DNA of 64,000 nucleotides. Origin: an uncultured Acidobacteriota bacterium. Its GTDB lineage: Bacteria; Actinomycetota; Acidimicrobiia; Spongiisociales; ZC4RG35. Of the stretch, positions 38,944 to 49,227 are shown piece by piece; the stretch's first letter is position 1; every line of letters begins with the position of its first letter. Under the pieces are notes generated by a model that was given only the letters and a program-made list of their open reading frames with translations, did not search any database and had not been told where the DNA came from. The position numbers were made by a program, and so were the translations under genes. The stretch is taken from positions 1-64,000 of the forward strand of contig CAWHEU010000020.1 of the NCBI GenBank assembly GCA_963828465.1, written 5' to 3'.

Positions 38944-40257
38944 TCAACCCTCCAGTGACTCCAACAAACTCTTGGCATGGGGCGCCTGGAGCGGATGGAA
39001 CATTGGTGCCTTGTCCAGGGCCTCGGCCAGCTCGACTCGCGCCTGCTCCTCATTCCCCTCAGCCAGGGCGATCAGGCCAGAGTGGTACAGGATCTGCGGC
39101 TCCCGGAGTCCGACAGCGAGGACCTGGTCGATCTGGCTCCTGGCCTCCTCGACCCGGCCGGCTCTGTACAGGGCCCAGGCGTAGGTGTCGAGGCCAAACG
39201 GATCCGACCGCTGGCTCACGTCGGCCTCGGCGAGCTCGACTGCACGCTCCGGCTCCAGATCGTGATCGGCCAGGTATTGGGCCAACGTCCGCCGATAGGC
39301 GTCTTGATGGACCTCGGTCTCGCTGGCTGCGGGCTCCACCCGGTCATAGAAGGCGTCGGCCGCCCCCTCGTCTCCCAGGGCAACCGAGAGATCACCGAGA
39401 ATGGCGAGGGTGCCGGGGTCCGGGCTCAACGCTGCCGCGACCTCATAGGCGGTGAACGCCTCCTCGAGCCTGCCGTCTGACATCAAGACGGCGCCCAACG
39501 TCGCTCGTGAGGACGGCCACGTGGGATCGACCTCGATGGCCCGGTTCAAAATGGTCTCAGCCTGTTCGTATCGGCCGAGATCGTTGAGAAAGTGGGCTGC
39601 GAAGGTCAGATGGAAGGCGAGACGCCGGGGCTCGGAGCCTTCGGTTTCGGTGATCCGTAACGCTTCCTCGGCATATCCGAGTGCTGCGGGGACGTCCCCC
39701 ATCGAATCGGCGTGCTGAGCGCGGCGAGTCAGGATCTCGGGTATCTCACCCGTCAGCGCGGCCACCTTCTCCAATGCGTCGGCCGCTGCTTCGGCGTCAC
39801 CGAGCTCGAATTGGGCGTCCGCCACCACCAGCTGTGCCGCCGCGTCCGTGGTGTCGGATGCGGCGAGGCTCGAGGCGAGCCCGAGCGCCTCGTCGAAACG
39901 ATGCACGGCGAGCGATGCCTGGGCGAGCCGCAGCGTCGCCGCCCGGTCCTCGGGAGCCAGGCTGACGGCCTGCTCGAGACTTTCGATTGCCGATCCGTAG
40001 TCGCCAAGATCATCGACTAGGTCTGCTCTTTCCAGATAGAGCCTGCCCAGCTCTCCCATGTCCAGCGGGTCGCCGTTCTCGGCAACCCGTTGCTCGAACA
40101 CCGTGATAAGGCGCTCGACCTCACCGAGACGGGGGATCGGGGTCTGTTCCAGCACACCAGGTGGGGCCGCTTCTGTCGTGTCGGTCAGGGAACGGAGGCC
40201 GTAGGAACCGGCAACCAGCAGCCCGACAGCGATGAGGGCGGTGAGTGCTCTTCTCAT
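38944..40257 (-). CDS. Secreted or anchored tetratricopeptide-repeat protein
   Basis: N-terminal hydrophobic segment; helical repeats; DTYAWALYRAG. Confidence 0.9.
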   Translation of the reverse strand: MRRALTALIAVGLLVAGSYGLRSLTDTTEAAPPGVLEQTPIPRLGEVERLITVFEQRVAENGDPLDMGELGRLYLERADLVDDLGDYGSAIESLEQAVSLAPEDRAATLRLAQASLAVHRFDEALGLASSLAASDTTDAAAQLVVADAQFELGDAEAAADALEKVAALTGEIPEILTRRAQHADSMGDVPAALGYAEEALRITETEGSEPRRLAFHLTFAAHFLNDLGRYEQAETILNRAIEVDPTWPSSRATLGAVLMSDGRLEEAFTAYEVAAALSPDPGTLAILGDLSVALGDEGAADAFYDRVEPAASETEVHQDAYRRTLAQYLADHDLEPERAVELAEADVSQRSDPFGLDTYAWALYRAGRVEEARSQIDQVLAVGLREPQILYHSGLIALAEGNEEQARVELAEALDKAPMFHPLQAPHAKSLLESLEG

Positions 40258-40286
40258 TTTTCGAACCTCTCCATAGATATGAGGGG

Positions 40287-40317
40287 TTTGGCCGGTGGGT
40301 CACCCCCACCGGCCAAA
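40287..40317. terminator. Intergenic hairpin
   Basis: TTTGGCCGGTGGG-TCACC-CCCACCGGCCAAA. Confidence 0.7.
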
Positions 40318-40323
40318 GGATCT

Positions 40324-41472
40324 TCAGTGGGGAATCCCCAGGTAGGGGAATTCCGCCATGTAGTCGGTATGGGGCCCGATGCCATCTGTGTTGATGGCGC
40401 CGTCGGCGTCCCGGTCATCGAACAGCTCCAGTGGGTCTCCACCGGTGACAATGCGAAGCTCGACGTCGATGACGTCATCGGCGAGGGCCCGGCCGTTCAA
40501 CGGGCCGGCGGCCGTGGTGGCCGTGTCGTAGGTGATGACATCCGGCAGCAACACGCCTGCGAGGGCGCCTGCCGCGGCATCGCTGTATGCGAGTTCGGTG
40601 TCCAGCGATGAGAAGGCCTTCAGCGCAGCGATGGTGCCAGCTGTGAAGTTGGCCGCGTCGCGCTTCGGCTTACCGGCGTTGAACACGTTCTTGGCATTCG
40701 GATCGGCGCCGACGATCGGACCGGAGCTGTTGACAACGGTGTTGATCGCGGGCCGGCCCATGCGGTCGACCTGGCTTTCTCGACGGCCGTCCTCGGAGCT
40801 CGTGGTCGCCCAGACTCCGATCTGGCTGCCCAGCTTCGAGTCCGGCACTTCGACGACGATGGCAAGTGTGTTCAGTTGAGCAAAGAAGTCGCTCTGCATG
40901 CCGTCATTGAGCGTTCGGGGCCCGACGCCCTCGACGGTTCCACGGAATCCACCCAGATCGAAGAAGAACGGGTCGGACCTGAGCCCGGTGAACGCCTTGC
41001 CCCTTTCGGAGAAGAGCCGGATCGAGTCTTCGGTGGTCCCGAGCCCGATCACCCTTCCGTCAGGGGAGACCTCTCGAGCCTCGGAACCTGTGGCCTTTCG
41101 CACCGTGACGAACTGGCCGTCACGATTCCGGCGATCCTTGAAGCTGAACGTGTACGTCAGATCTTCGACGGCATCGCCGTCCTTGTCGATCCTCAGGTGA
41201 TACGCCCCTTCTCGCTTGTTGGCGAACATGGTGTCGCCAGTGGCCGCCGGATTGACTGTCGCCGCCAGCACTGTGTTCGAGGGGTCAGAACCCTGGAAGA
41301 CGTACACGTCGTTGATGTCGAGTTGGGTCTTGCCTCCCGGCGAGGTCAAACCTGGCGCATCGAGATGATCCGCTCCGCGCGCTCCCAATGGAGCAAGCGC
41401 GAACGTGGCTATCAGGGCGAGCAACACCCAGATCGCCACATTGGACACTGCCTTTCGTGTGGTCGTCATCAC
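40324..41472 (-). CDS. DUF4331 secreted protein
   Basis: ADHLDAP, DINDVYVF, DPFFFDL, DRMGRPAINT, NGRALADDVID, FPYL. Confidence 0.93.
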   Translation of the reverse strand: MMTTTRKAVSNVAIWVLLALIATFALAPLGARGADHLDAPGLTSPGGKTQLDINDVYVFQGSDPSNTVLAATVNPAATGDTMFANKREGAYHLRIDKDGDAVEDLTYTFSFKDRRNRDGQFVTVRKATGSEAREVSPDGRVIGLGTTEDSIRLFSERGKAFTGLRSDPFFFDLGGFRGTVEGVGPRTLNDGMQSDFFAQLNTLAIVVEVPDSKLGSQIGVWATTSSEDGRRESQVDRMGRPAINTVVNSSGPIVGADPNAKNVFNAGKPKRDAANFTAGTIAALKAFSSLDTELAYSDAAAGALAGVLLPDVITYDTATTAAGPLNGRALADDVIDVELRIVTGGDPLELFDDRDADGAINTDGIGPHTDYMAEFPYLGIPH

Positions 41473-41508
41473 TGCCTCCTTCCAAATGTGTGCAGATGAC
41501 GTCTGTGG

Positions 41509-41534
41509 TTCGCCGCAGACGCCGGCATGGTTTG
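41509..41534 (-). promoter_or_regulatory. Possible SigK-type ECF promoter for DUF4331-TPR
   Basis: Minus strand CAAACC-N15-GCGAA, similar to the mycobacterial SigK consensus as I recall it (CCATCC-N15-CCGAA). Confidence 0.5.
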
Positions 41535-41568
41535 GAAGGAATTGGCGCGGTGGGAAGCGGGCCTGCGG

Positions 41569-41985
41569 TCAGGCCCTAACAACCCTCGGGTTCGATCCCG
41601 CCGATACATCCACGAAGTCGGGGAGGGTCTTGAGCACGTCCTCGGCGCCCGCCGGGGCGTAAACGGCGAGGATCACCATCGGCTCGTAGCTGGTGTTCAG
41701 GGTCGAATGCCACACACCTTTTGGGATCCAGACCGCGTCCCCGGGTACCACCGGCTTGGGCTCCCCATCGTCGATCATCTGGTCCCCCCTCCCCGAGAGG
41801 ATGTAGAGGATCTCGTCCGACTCCGGGTGGTTGTGTCGATCGTGGCCCTTTCCCGGGAACAGGATGACGTGCATGAGACTGCAGTCGCCGTCGTCCGTGT
41901 TGTCGGTGGCGATGAGGGGCTTGATGATTCCCCAGTCGAAGGTCCACGTCGGTATGGAATCCGGATCGACGAACTTGGCAGACAT
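41569..41985 (-). CDS. Cupin domain protein
   Basis: GHDRHNHPESDEILYILSG, IPKGVWHSTLN. Confidence 0.92.
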   Translation of the reverse strand: MSAKFVDPDSIPTWTFDWGIIKPLIATDNTDDGDCSLMHVILFPGKGHDRHNHPESDEILYILSGRGDQMIDDGEPKPVVPGDAVWIPKGVWHSTLNTSYEPMVILAVYAPAGAEDVLKTLPDFVDVSAGSNPRVVRA

Positions 41986-41999
41986 GTGCGTTCCTTGCT

Positions 42000-42821
42000 C
42001 TAGACGGTCAGGGACTTGAAGCGTCTCATGTTCTCGGTCATGGCCACCTCGGTGGGCAGACGCTCCATCGATGAGGCGCCGAAGAAGCCCACGATCCCCT
42101 CGGTGCGGTCCAGCACATACTGGGCATCGTCGGGCTCGGCGAGCGGCCCTCCGTGGCAGAGCACGACGATGTCTTTGTTGACGCCCACCGCGGCGTCATG
42201 CATGGCCTGGATCTCGACCACGCAATCGTCGAGCGTCTTGGCTGTCTGTGCCCCGATGGTCCCTGAGGTGGTGAGACCCATATGGGGGACAAGCACGTCG
42301 GCCCCGGCCTTGGCCATGGCAACGGCGTCGTCGGGATCGAACACGTAGGGAGAGGTGAGGAGTCCCAGACCGGAAGCCTCCCTGATCATGTCCACCTCCA
42401 ACCCGTACCCCATGCCGGTCTCCTCGAGGTTGGCGCGGAACGTCCCATCGATGAGGCCCACCGTGGGGAAGTTCTGCACCCCGGCGAATCCGGCATCCAT
42501 GACCTGGCGGAGGAAGTTGGGCATCATCCGAAAAGGATCGGTCCCGCACACGCCCGCCAGCACCGGCGTTTGGTCGACAACGGGCAGCACCTCGTTACCC
42601 ATCTCCATCACGATCGCATTGGCGTCGCCATAAGGGAGCAGCCCTGCCAGCGATCCCCGGCCCGCCATTCGATAACGACCCGAGTTGTAGATGATGATCA
42701 GGTCGGCGCCACCGGCTTCGGCGCACTTCGCCGAGAGGCCGGTCCCGGCGCCGGCCCCGATGATCGGACCCCCTCCCTCGAGGGTGGCCCGCAACCTGGC
42801 TCGAGCTTCATCCCCATTCAT
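42000..42821 (-). CDS. TIM-barrel 'PEP hydrolase'-family protein (Tm-1 C-terminal homologue)
   Basis: [51 protein letters not shown]. Confidence 0.95.
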   Translation of the reverse strand: MNGDEARARLRATLEGGGPIIGAGAGTGLSAKCAEAGGADLIIIYNSGRYRMAGRGSLAGLLPYGDANAIVMEMGNEVLPVVDQTPVLAGVCGTDPFRMMPNFLRQVMDAGFAGVQNFPTVGLIDGTFRANLEETGMGYGLEVDMIREASGLGLLTSPYVFDPDDAVAMAKAGADVLVPHMGLTTSGTIGAQTAKTLDDCVVEIQAMHDAAVGVNKDIVVLCHGGPLAEPDDAQYVLDRTEGIVGFFGASSMERLPTEVAMTENMRRFKSLTV

Positions 42822-44041
42822 CCTGTCCCTTTCATGTAGTCGTCCAGCTTCTGCGCCATTGCCGCCGCGAATGCGGGGTCATTGATGTCGCATTCCATCT
42901 CGATGAGCTCGACCGAGCTTGCGAGGTTCTCACGAATTGCGGAGAACAGCGCTTGGTCGGCAGCGGCGTCGTGAAAGGGCTGACCTTCGACAGCGATCAT
43001 CGATACGCCTCCCAGCGGCATGAACAGGGCCGTAGGCCCCGAGGCCGCCGAGAGCTTCTCCGCGATCTGCCGACCGAGCTGGGCCGACTCCTCGGCCGTG
43101 GTTCGCATCAGGGTGACGGAGGGGTTGTGTTGGTACATGGTCCGACCCTCGAACTTCTCCGGGACAGTTTCGGGGGCACCGAAGTTCACCATGTCGAGCG
43201 CGCCCAGTGAAACCACCTGGGGGACACCAGTCCGTGCAGCTGCTCCCAACCGGTCGGGGCCGGCCGTGAGGACACCGCCTACCAACTCGTCACAAAGCTC
43301 CGTCGTCGTCAGATCGAGAACCCCATCGAAGAATCCGGCATCGACCAGGCTCTCCATTGCCTTGCCGCCCGTGCCGGTGCAGTGGAATACGAGCACCTCG
43401 TAGCCGCGGCGCTCGAGGTCCTGGCGCGCCGCCGTTACTGCCGGTGTGGTAACGCCGAACATCGTGGCTGCGATCAGGGGGCGCTGATCATCGAGGGAGA
43501 CAGGAGCCTTTTTCACCATGCCTGCCATAGCGGCGGCGGCGTTCGCCAATATCAGAGCCGAGATGGAGTTGACCCCGGCGATATCGGTCACTGACGCCAT
43601 CATCGTTATGTCAATGCTGCCCATATACGACGATGTGTCGCCCGACGCCATCGTCGAGAGCATCAATTTCGGGACACCCACGGGCAGCGCCCGCATGACC
43701 TTGGTTGCGATTGCCGTGCCCCCGGATCCACCTGCCGCGAGGATGCCGTCGAACCTGCCCTCCCCGTAGAGCTGAGCCACGAAGACGGCGGCGGCCTCGG
43801 TCATCGTGGCGACTGCCTGTCCTCGGTCGCCAGCCGCGGCGAGCTCATCGGCGTCGGCCCCGATGGCGGCAGCCACCTGTTGCCGGGTCACGTCCGGTGT
43901 GATGCCTGCGGGCTCATGGACCCCTACGTCGACGACCAGCACCTCGACATCGTCGGCCGACAACCGGTCGCGCAGGTACGAGTATTCGAAGCCCTTGGTG
44001 TCGAGAGTGCCCAGAAGAAGCACGGTTGGCGAGTCAGGCAC
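42818..44041 (-). CDS. Tm-1-like ATP-binding protein (UPF0261), copy 1
   Basis: [47 protein letters not shown]. Confidence 0.95.
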   Translation of the reverse strand: MPDSPTVLLLGTLDTKGFEYSYLRDRLSADDVEVLVVDVGVHEPAGITPDVTRQQVAAAIGADADELAAAGDRGQAVATMTEAAAVFVAQLYGEGRFDGILAAGGSGGTAIATKVMRALPVGVPKLMLSTMASGDTSSYMGSIDITMMASVTDIAGVNSISALILANAAAAMAGMVKKAPVSLDDQRPLIAATMFGVTTPAVTAARQDLERRGYEVLVFHCTGTGGKAMESLVDAGFFDGVLDLTTTELCDELVGGVLTAGPDRLGAAARTGVPQVVSLGALDMVNFGAPETVPEKFEGRTMYQHNPSVTLMRTTAEESAQLGRQIAEKLSAASGPTALFMPLGGVSMIAVEGQPFHDAAADQALFSAIRENLASSVELIEMECDINDPAFAAAMAQKLDDYMKGTG

Positions 44042-44131
44042 AGGTTCTCCTCTCGAGGTATTGACCCGCCGGGGCGGGGCGAATGGTCAGGGTTAGGGTG
44101 GAGTGATGTTCTCGATGGGGGTGTTCTGGCG

Positions 44132-44896
44132 ATGACGGACGGGTTCCGCCTGGATGGCCGGACTGCTTTGGTCACCGGGGCCAGCCGCGGTCTCGGAAGG
44201 GCGATGGCCGAGGCCTTGGGCCGGGCTGGAGCGAGAGTGGTGCTCGTCAGCCGGACCATCGAGGACCTGGACCAAGCCGCCGATGAGCTTGCTGCTGCCT
44301 CGTGCGACGTGGTGGCAAAGGCCTTCGATCTCTCCGAAGTCGCTGGGATCGCGTCGTGGGTGGCCGATGTCTGGTCCGAGGTCGGCCCCGTAGAAATCGT
44401 TGTCCACTCGGCGGGTCATCAGCGCCGCGCCGGAGCGGTCGAGGTGGAGCTCGACGACTGGGATCGGATCCTGACGGTCAACCTCACCGCCCCGTTCTTT
44501 CTGTCCCGCGAGGTGGGGAAGCGCCAGATAGAAGCTGGTTCGACCGGATCCCATATCTTCATCGGGTCCTTGACGACGAACATCGGGATCGCCAGAGCGG
44601 CACCGTATGCGGCTTCGAAGGCCGGCATTGCCGGCGTGGTCAGGACACTTGCCGTCGAGTGGGCTCCTGCCGGGATTCGGGTGAACGCGGTGAGCCCGGG
44701 GTATTTCCGCACCCAGCTGACCGAGGGCGTCTTCCAGGACGCGGAGCGAAGCGCCTGGATTCACTCGCGGATCCCCATGGAGAGGGTGGGCTCTCCCGCT
44801 GATCTCGGTGGGGCCGTCGTCTTCCTCGCTTCCGACGCTTCGTCCTATATGACGGGGACGATCCTCAATGTCGATGGCGGCTGGCTCGCCGGCTGA
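44132..44896 (+). CDS. SDR oxidoreductase (KduD/gluconate 5-dehydrogenase-like)
   Basis: TGASRGLG, YAASK, VNAVSPGYFRT, VDGGWLA. Confidence 0.93.
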   Translation: MTDGFRLDGRTALVTGASRGLGRAMAEALGRAGARVVLVSRTIEDLDQAADELAAASCDVVAKAFDLSEVAGIASWVADVWSEVGPVEIVVHSAGHQRRAGAVEVELDDWDRILTVNLTAPFFLSREVGKRQIEAGSTGSHIFIGSLTTNIGIARAAPYAASKAGIAGVVRTLAVEWAPAGIRVNAVSPGYFRTQLTEGVFQDAERSAWIHSRIPMERVGSPADLGGAVVFLASDASSYMTGTILNVDGGWLAG

Positions 44897-44919
44897 GAAA
44901 TGGTGAGCCGGACCCTGGC

Positions 44920-46371
44920 TCATCGCGGCGGACCGAAGCCGAGCTTGCCGGGATTGAGGATCCCGTCGGGGTCGATCGCCTCCTTGATCGCCTGCAGATA
45001 TGGCCAAGTCTCGCCGTATTGCTCGCGCATGAAACGGCCCAGCTTCACACCCACACCATGGTGCTCGTTGATCACTCCGCCCTGAGCGAGCGAAGTTCGC
45101 ACCGCCGAGTCCCACAGTCGATCGTGGAGGGCGAGCGCTTCCAGCGGGTCATCTGGGGGCTCATGGACGTAGAACCGGTCGTAGACCATCACCCCCCACG
45201 GGAACCAATGCGAGAAATGTGCCGTGTACTTGGCGCCGTACTCGGCGAAGCCCTCCTCGATGTTCTTTCGCTTCGCCCGGTACAGGTCGGGCATGTCGTC
45301 GAACGTGCAGACGGTGTCGGTCGTGCCGAAGATCGTCGGAGGTGTCGGCGCCTTCCCCTCGGCATACGGCTCGTACTTGCCATCCCACCAGGTTCTCGCC
45401 CCTTCGGGACCGAGGTAGGCCCCTCCGGCCTCGGTGCATATCTCGGTGACCGCCTCTGCCTCGAGATCGACGAGGCGCCGGTCCCCGTCGCAGATGACGA
45501 CGAGTAGGGCACCGGTGAGTTGGAGCCCCAGGATGTCGTTGAGCTTGTCCCGATCGGCTTCGTCGTACAGGCGCATGACGGCCGGCCGCCACCGTCGGGT
45601 CATGATCTGACGCCCGGCTTCGAGCCCGTCGAAGACCGTCTCGAACTCGAAGGTGAGAAAGGCCTGCGCCTCCGGAATCGGATCCATGCGAAGCCTGGCG
45701 GAGGTCAGAACACCCATCGTGCCTTCCGAGCCGACGAGCAGGGGGAGGAGCCCCGGTCCGGCGGCATGGCTCGGGACCGGGAGCGTTGAGACCAACCGCC
45801 CCGGAGGGAGGGCGACCTCGGCCTGGAGGACCAGATCTTCGGCCTTGCCATACTTCGTGGACCGGACCCCGGACCCGCGAGCCGCCAGCCAGCCGCCCAC
45901 CGTGGCTCCGAAGTGGAAAGACCCGGGCTCGTGGGCGACGGCGAGCCCGAGAGGGGACAGGGCCTGCTCGAGTTGTGGCCCCGTGACGCCTGCCTCGGCG
46001 GAAACCACCAGGCTCGTCTCGTCGACCTCGATGATCCGGTCCATTCGGGTCAGGTCGATGGAGATCCCGCCATACAGGGCGAAGGTCCCGCCCTGTGTGC
46101 CGGAACCGCCGCCCCGCGGTACCACCGGGACCCGATGGTCGCTGGCTATGCGCAGCACACCCGCGACCTCCTGGGCGGTGCCGGGGCGAACCATGACATC
46201 GGCCACAGGGAGCTGCATCCCGTGGAGCCTGTAGAGCTGAGACATCCAGGACCAGTCCGCGGCCTGCTCGGTGAGCTCACCGGCGTCAATCGAGGTGTGT
46301 TTGGCGCCGACGACGTCGGACAGCTCGTGTTGGAGCATCCTCAGTCGATATCCGGACCGGGCGTCAGACAT
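44920..46371 (-). CDS. FAD-binding oxidoreductase (alkyl-DHAP synthase / GlcD-like)
   Basis: PRGGGSG, STKYGK, GSEGTMG, HFSH, EHHGVG, DPDGILNPGK. Confidence 0.92.
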   Translation of the reverse strand: MSDARSGYRLRMLQHELSDVVGAKHTSIDAGELTEQAADWSWMSQLYRLHGMQLPVADVMVRPGTAQEVAGVLRIASDHRVPVVPRGGGSGTQGGTFALYGGISIDLTRMDRIIEVDETSLVVSAEAGVTGPQLEQALSPLGLAVAHEPGSFHFGATVGGWLAARGSGVRSTKYGKAEDLVLQAEVALPPGRLVSTLPVPSHAAGPGLLPLLVGSEGTMGVLTSARLRMDPIPEAQAFLTFEFETVFDGLEAGRQIMTRRWRPAVMRLYDEADRDKLNDILGLQLTGALLVVICDGDRRLVDLEAEAVTEICTEAGGAYLGPEGARTWWDGKYEPYAEGKAPTPPTIFGTTDTVCTFDDMPDLYRAKRKNIEEGFAEYGAKYTAHFSHWFPWGVMVYDRFYVHEPPDDPLEALALHDRLWDSAVRTSLAQGGVINEHHGVGVKLGRFMREQYGETWPYLQAIKEAIDPDGILNPGKLGFGPPR

Positions 46372-47059
46372 GATCGAGGGCAGAGCTGTTCGTCGAGATG
46401 AATGGACGTGCCACGTCTAGCTGGCGAATCAGGCTGGCCTCCATGTGATCGATGTGGTCGTGGACGAGTCGGCGTGTCGCGTCATGGTCCGAGGCGGCGA
46501 CAGAGCCGGCGATCGAGGCGTGCTCCTCGGCGCAGAGAGCCAGTCGCTCGAGGCGGCCAGGCTCGGACGTCCAGAACCGGTGGAGCCGGCGCCGCTGCTT
46601 GGCTGCGATATCCGAGAGCAAGGTGTGATTGGAAGCCTTCTGCAGGATCTCGTGGAAGACACCGTCGCCTTCCGACCATCGGTCGAGGTCCTGTTCTGCC
46701 GCTGCCTCCTCCATCATGTCGACACACTCGCGCAGTGCCACACCTTGTTCCTCGGTCAGGTTCTCGGATGCTCGAATGAACACCGCGGTGTCGACGAGGC
46801 GGAGCACATCACACACCTCCCGGACATCGGTCGGGGTGAGCCCGGCGACCGAGTACCCGCTGTTGTGATTTCGACGCACCAGCTGGTCCAGCTCCAACCG
46901 TTGCAAAGCCGCCCGCACCGGTGTTCGACTGATTCCGAGCCACTCCGCCAGCGCCACCTCCTTGAGGTGGTCACCCGGGCTCACGCTGTCGCTGGTGAGG
47001 AGCTCGCGCAGCTGGGCGTAGGCCCGGTCGGTGACGGTGGTCGACTCGGCTTCTCCCAT
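46364..47059 (-). CDS. GntR (FadR/FCD) regulator
   Basis: LAEWLGISRTPVRAALQRL; FH...N...EH FCD motif. Confidence 0.93.
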   Translation of the reverse strand: MGEAESTTVTDRAYAQLRELLTSDSVSPGDHLKEVALAEWLGISRTPVRAALQRLELDQLVRRNHNSGYSVAGLTPTDVREVCDVLRLVDTAVFIRASENLTEEQGVALRECVDMMEEAAAEQDLDRWSEGDGVFHEILQKASNHTLLSDIAAKQRRRLHRFWTSEPGRLERLALCAEEHASIAGSVAASDHDATRRLVHDHIDHMEASLIRQLDVARPFISTNSSALDHV

Positions 47060-47967
47060 CACATGACCCGGTCGACGAACTCTCGGTTCTCGACCTTGAC
47101 CGGCACCTGCATGAGCTCGAGCACACCTCGAGCCACGTGCTCGGAGTATCTCCTGAACGACTCCTCGCCCTTCTCCTTGGTGGCGCGCATCGGGTTGCCG
47201 ATCACCCCGGTCTCGGTGAACTCGTGATGATCCATGGGAAAGTTGAAATAGGTGTAGCCCTCGAACTCCACGTCCGGGGCACCGTCGAATTTCCTGAATG
47301 AGTCGGGGAGGAAGTCGGGGATAGACGTGGGGGTGTGCTCGGCCCTGTCCATTCGAACCAGATCCTCGTTCCACGCCAGGCACTGGGAGGTCTCCCACTC
47401 ACTCGAGTGCCAGCCCGGGGTCTCCTCGGGCGGGTTCTCGAAGATCCCCTCGACCACCCCGACGTATCGCTCCATGTAGGGCTTGACCAATCCGATCAGC
47501 GCACCCGTCTCGTACCGGAGTTTGCGGAGGACCGGGTCGACCACCTTGATGTTCGAGCCGTGCCCGTTCACGAACACGATCCGGTTGAACCCGTGGTGGA
47601 TGAGGCTTCGCGCCACGTCTTCCATCAGGGCAAGCAATGTCGTCGAGCGGACAGTGATGGTGCCCCGACCCTCACCGGGACGGTGCATGTGTTGCGGTGA
47701 GTAACCCGTCCAGATCGGCGGGGTGTGCAGAACTCCGATCAGACGGGACACCCGGGCCGATATCTCGATGGCCGTGATGGTGTCGCAGTAGAGCGGGAGA
47801 TGCGGCCCGTGCTGTTCCGTGCTCGCCATCGGCACCAGCACCATGTCCTTCTCTTCGAGGTAGGCACGGATGTCCACATAGGACAGCTCCGCCAGGTTCC
47901 AGGAGACGAACTGCTCTCGGAATGCCCGTTCGGCTTCAGTGATATCCAGCAAAGAGTCTGTGGTCAT
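47059..47967 (-). CDS. Creatininase-family amidohydrolase
   Basis: STEQHGPHLPLYCD, VNGHGSN, WHSSEWET, GVIGNP. Confidence 0.92.
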   Translation of the reverse strand: MTTDSLLDITEAERAFREQFVSWNLAELSYVDIRAYLEEKDMVLVPMASTEQHGPHLPLYCDTITAIEISARVSRLIGVLHTPPIWTGYSPQHMHRPGEGRGTITVRSTTLLALMEDVARSLIHHGFNRIVFVNGHGSNIKVVDPVLRKLRYETGALIGLVKPYMERYVGVVEGIFENPPEETPGWHSSEWETSQCLAWNEDLVRMDRAEHTPTSIPDFLPDSFRKFDGAPDVEFEGYTYFNFPMDHHEFTETGVIGNPMRATKEKGEESFRRYSEHVARGVLELMQVPVKVENREFVDRVM

Positions 47968-49225
47968 TTCGCTCTCTCCAGTTGTGCTGTGGATGGGCCG
48001 GCGTGCTCGCAGCAGGTCGACGAACAGGTCGGCGACGATCTCCCCAAAGCGGGGGTCGTTGACGTGATGCTCGAAGTCGTGAATCGTGATGTCGGGTCGG
48101 AGGTCGTTCCGCAGGCTCGTGACGAAGGCCTGGTCGGCGTCCGGGTCCCAGAACACCCCACCCGGCACATTGGGGATGGACAGACCCTCGGTGGGGATGG
48201 CGAGGGCAATCGGGCCGGTCGCCCGATTGAGGCGCTCTGCGAAGAGATGCCCGATTTGCTCCATCTGGCTCTCCGGTGTCCGGACGAGGGTGTACTCGGG
48301 GTTGTGGTCGTAGGTCGGTCGTGTCGGCCAGATCGGGAGGAACCTGGCCACTGGCGAACACACTGAAATCGATGCACCCCGGAACCACGATCTGAGGCAG
48401 ACCTGCCTCGCCGACCCTCTGTAGTCGGCGCGGCCCTCCGTCGTGGATGCCCCCGACCATCGGATCGGTGACCTCGTTGGTGGTGAAGTCGATGACGCCG
48501 ATGAACTGCCCCGCCTCGGCCAGCTCCTCCATGGCAGGCCCGCCGACACCATTGGAGTGGAAGACGACGGCCTGGTAGCCGTGCTCGGCCAGGCGATCGC
48601 GCAGAGCCATGACCGCCTTGGTGGTGTTGCCGAGCATCGTCACGCCGACGAAACGGCTGTCTGGACCACCTGGTTGGAGTCGGCGCGGATTGGCGGCCAT
48701 GGCGGCCACCGCCGTGGCCACGTTGTCGAACACCGTGGTCGCCACCGGGTTCAGACCCATGATGTCGACCACGGTGTGCACCACCATCATGTCCGAAGTG
48801 CCCACCAGGGGCCCGAACTCGTGACGACCGGACGCGATCGGGCTCAACAGCACTTTTGGCACGCCGATCGGGAGCACCATCAGAGCGGCGGCGCCCATCA
48901 CCGCGCCCTCCGCTCCGCCCAGCCCGATTGCGGCATCGACCATCCCACGATCGTGCAGCTCCGTCATCAACGACTGGATGGCGCTGCGCATCGTGGCGAC
49001 CGCCCGCCCCCGGGTGCCGGCCTGGCGGACCTCCTCGATCGTGGTCCCCGCGTACGCGGCCACCTCGCCGTGGTCTATGTCGGGAACGATGCCGAGTGGC
49101 TCGCCCAGGATCCCGACGTCTATCACCGTCGTGGCACAACCCTGCTCGATGAGACGATCACGGATGTACGCCACCTCCGGGCCCTTGGTGTCCAGGGTGC
49201 CGACGACGACGACGTTTGGGGCCAC
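47964..49225 (-). CDS. Tm-1-like ATP-binding protein (UPF0261), copy 2; frameshift at ~48322
   Basis: GTLDTKG...TMLGNTT...VFHSNGVGG; continues in the other frame as RPTYDHNPEYTLVRT...HVNDPRF. Confidence 0.9.
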
Positions 49226-49227
49226 TC

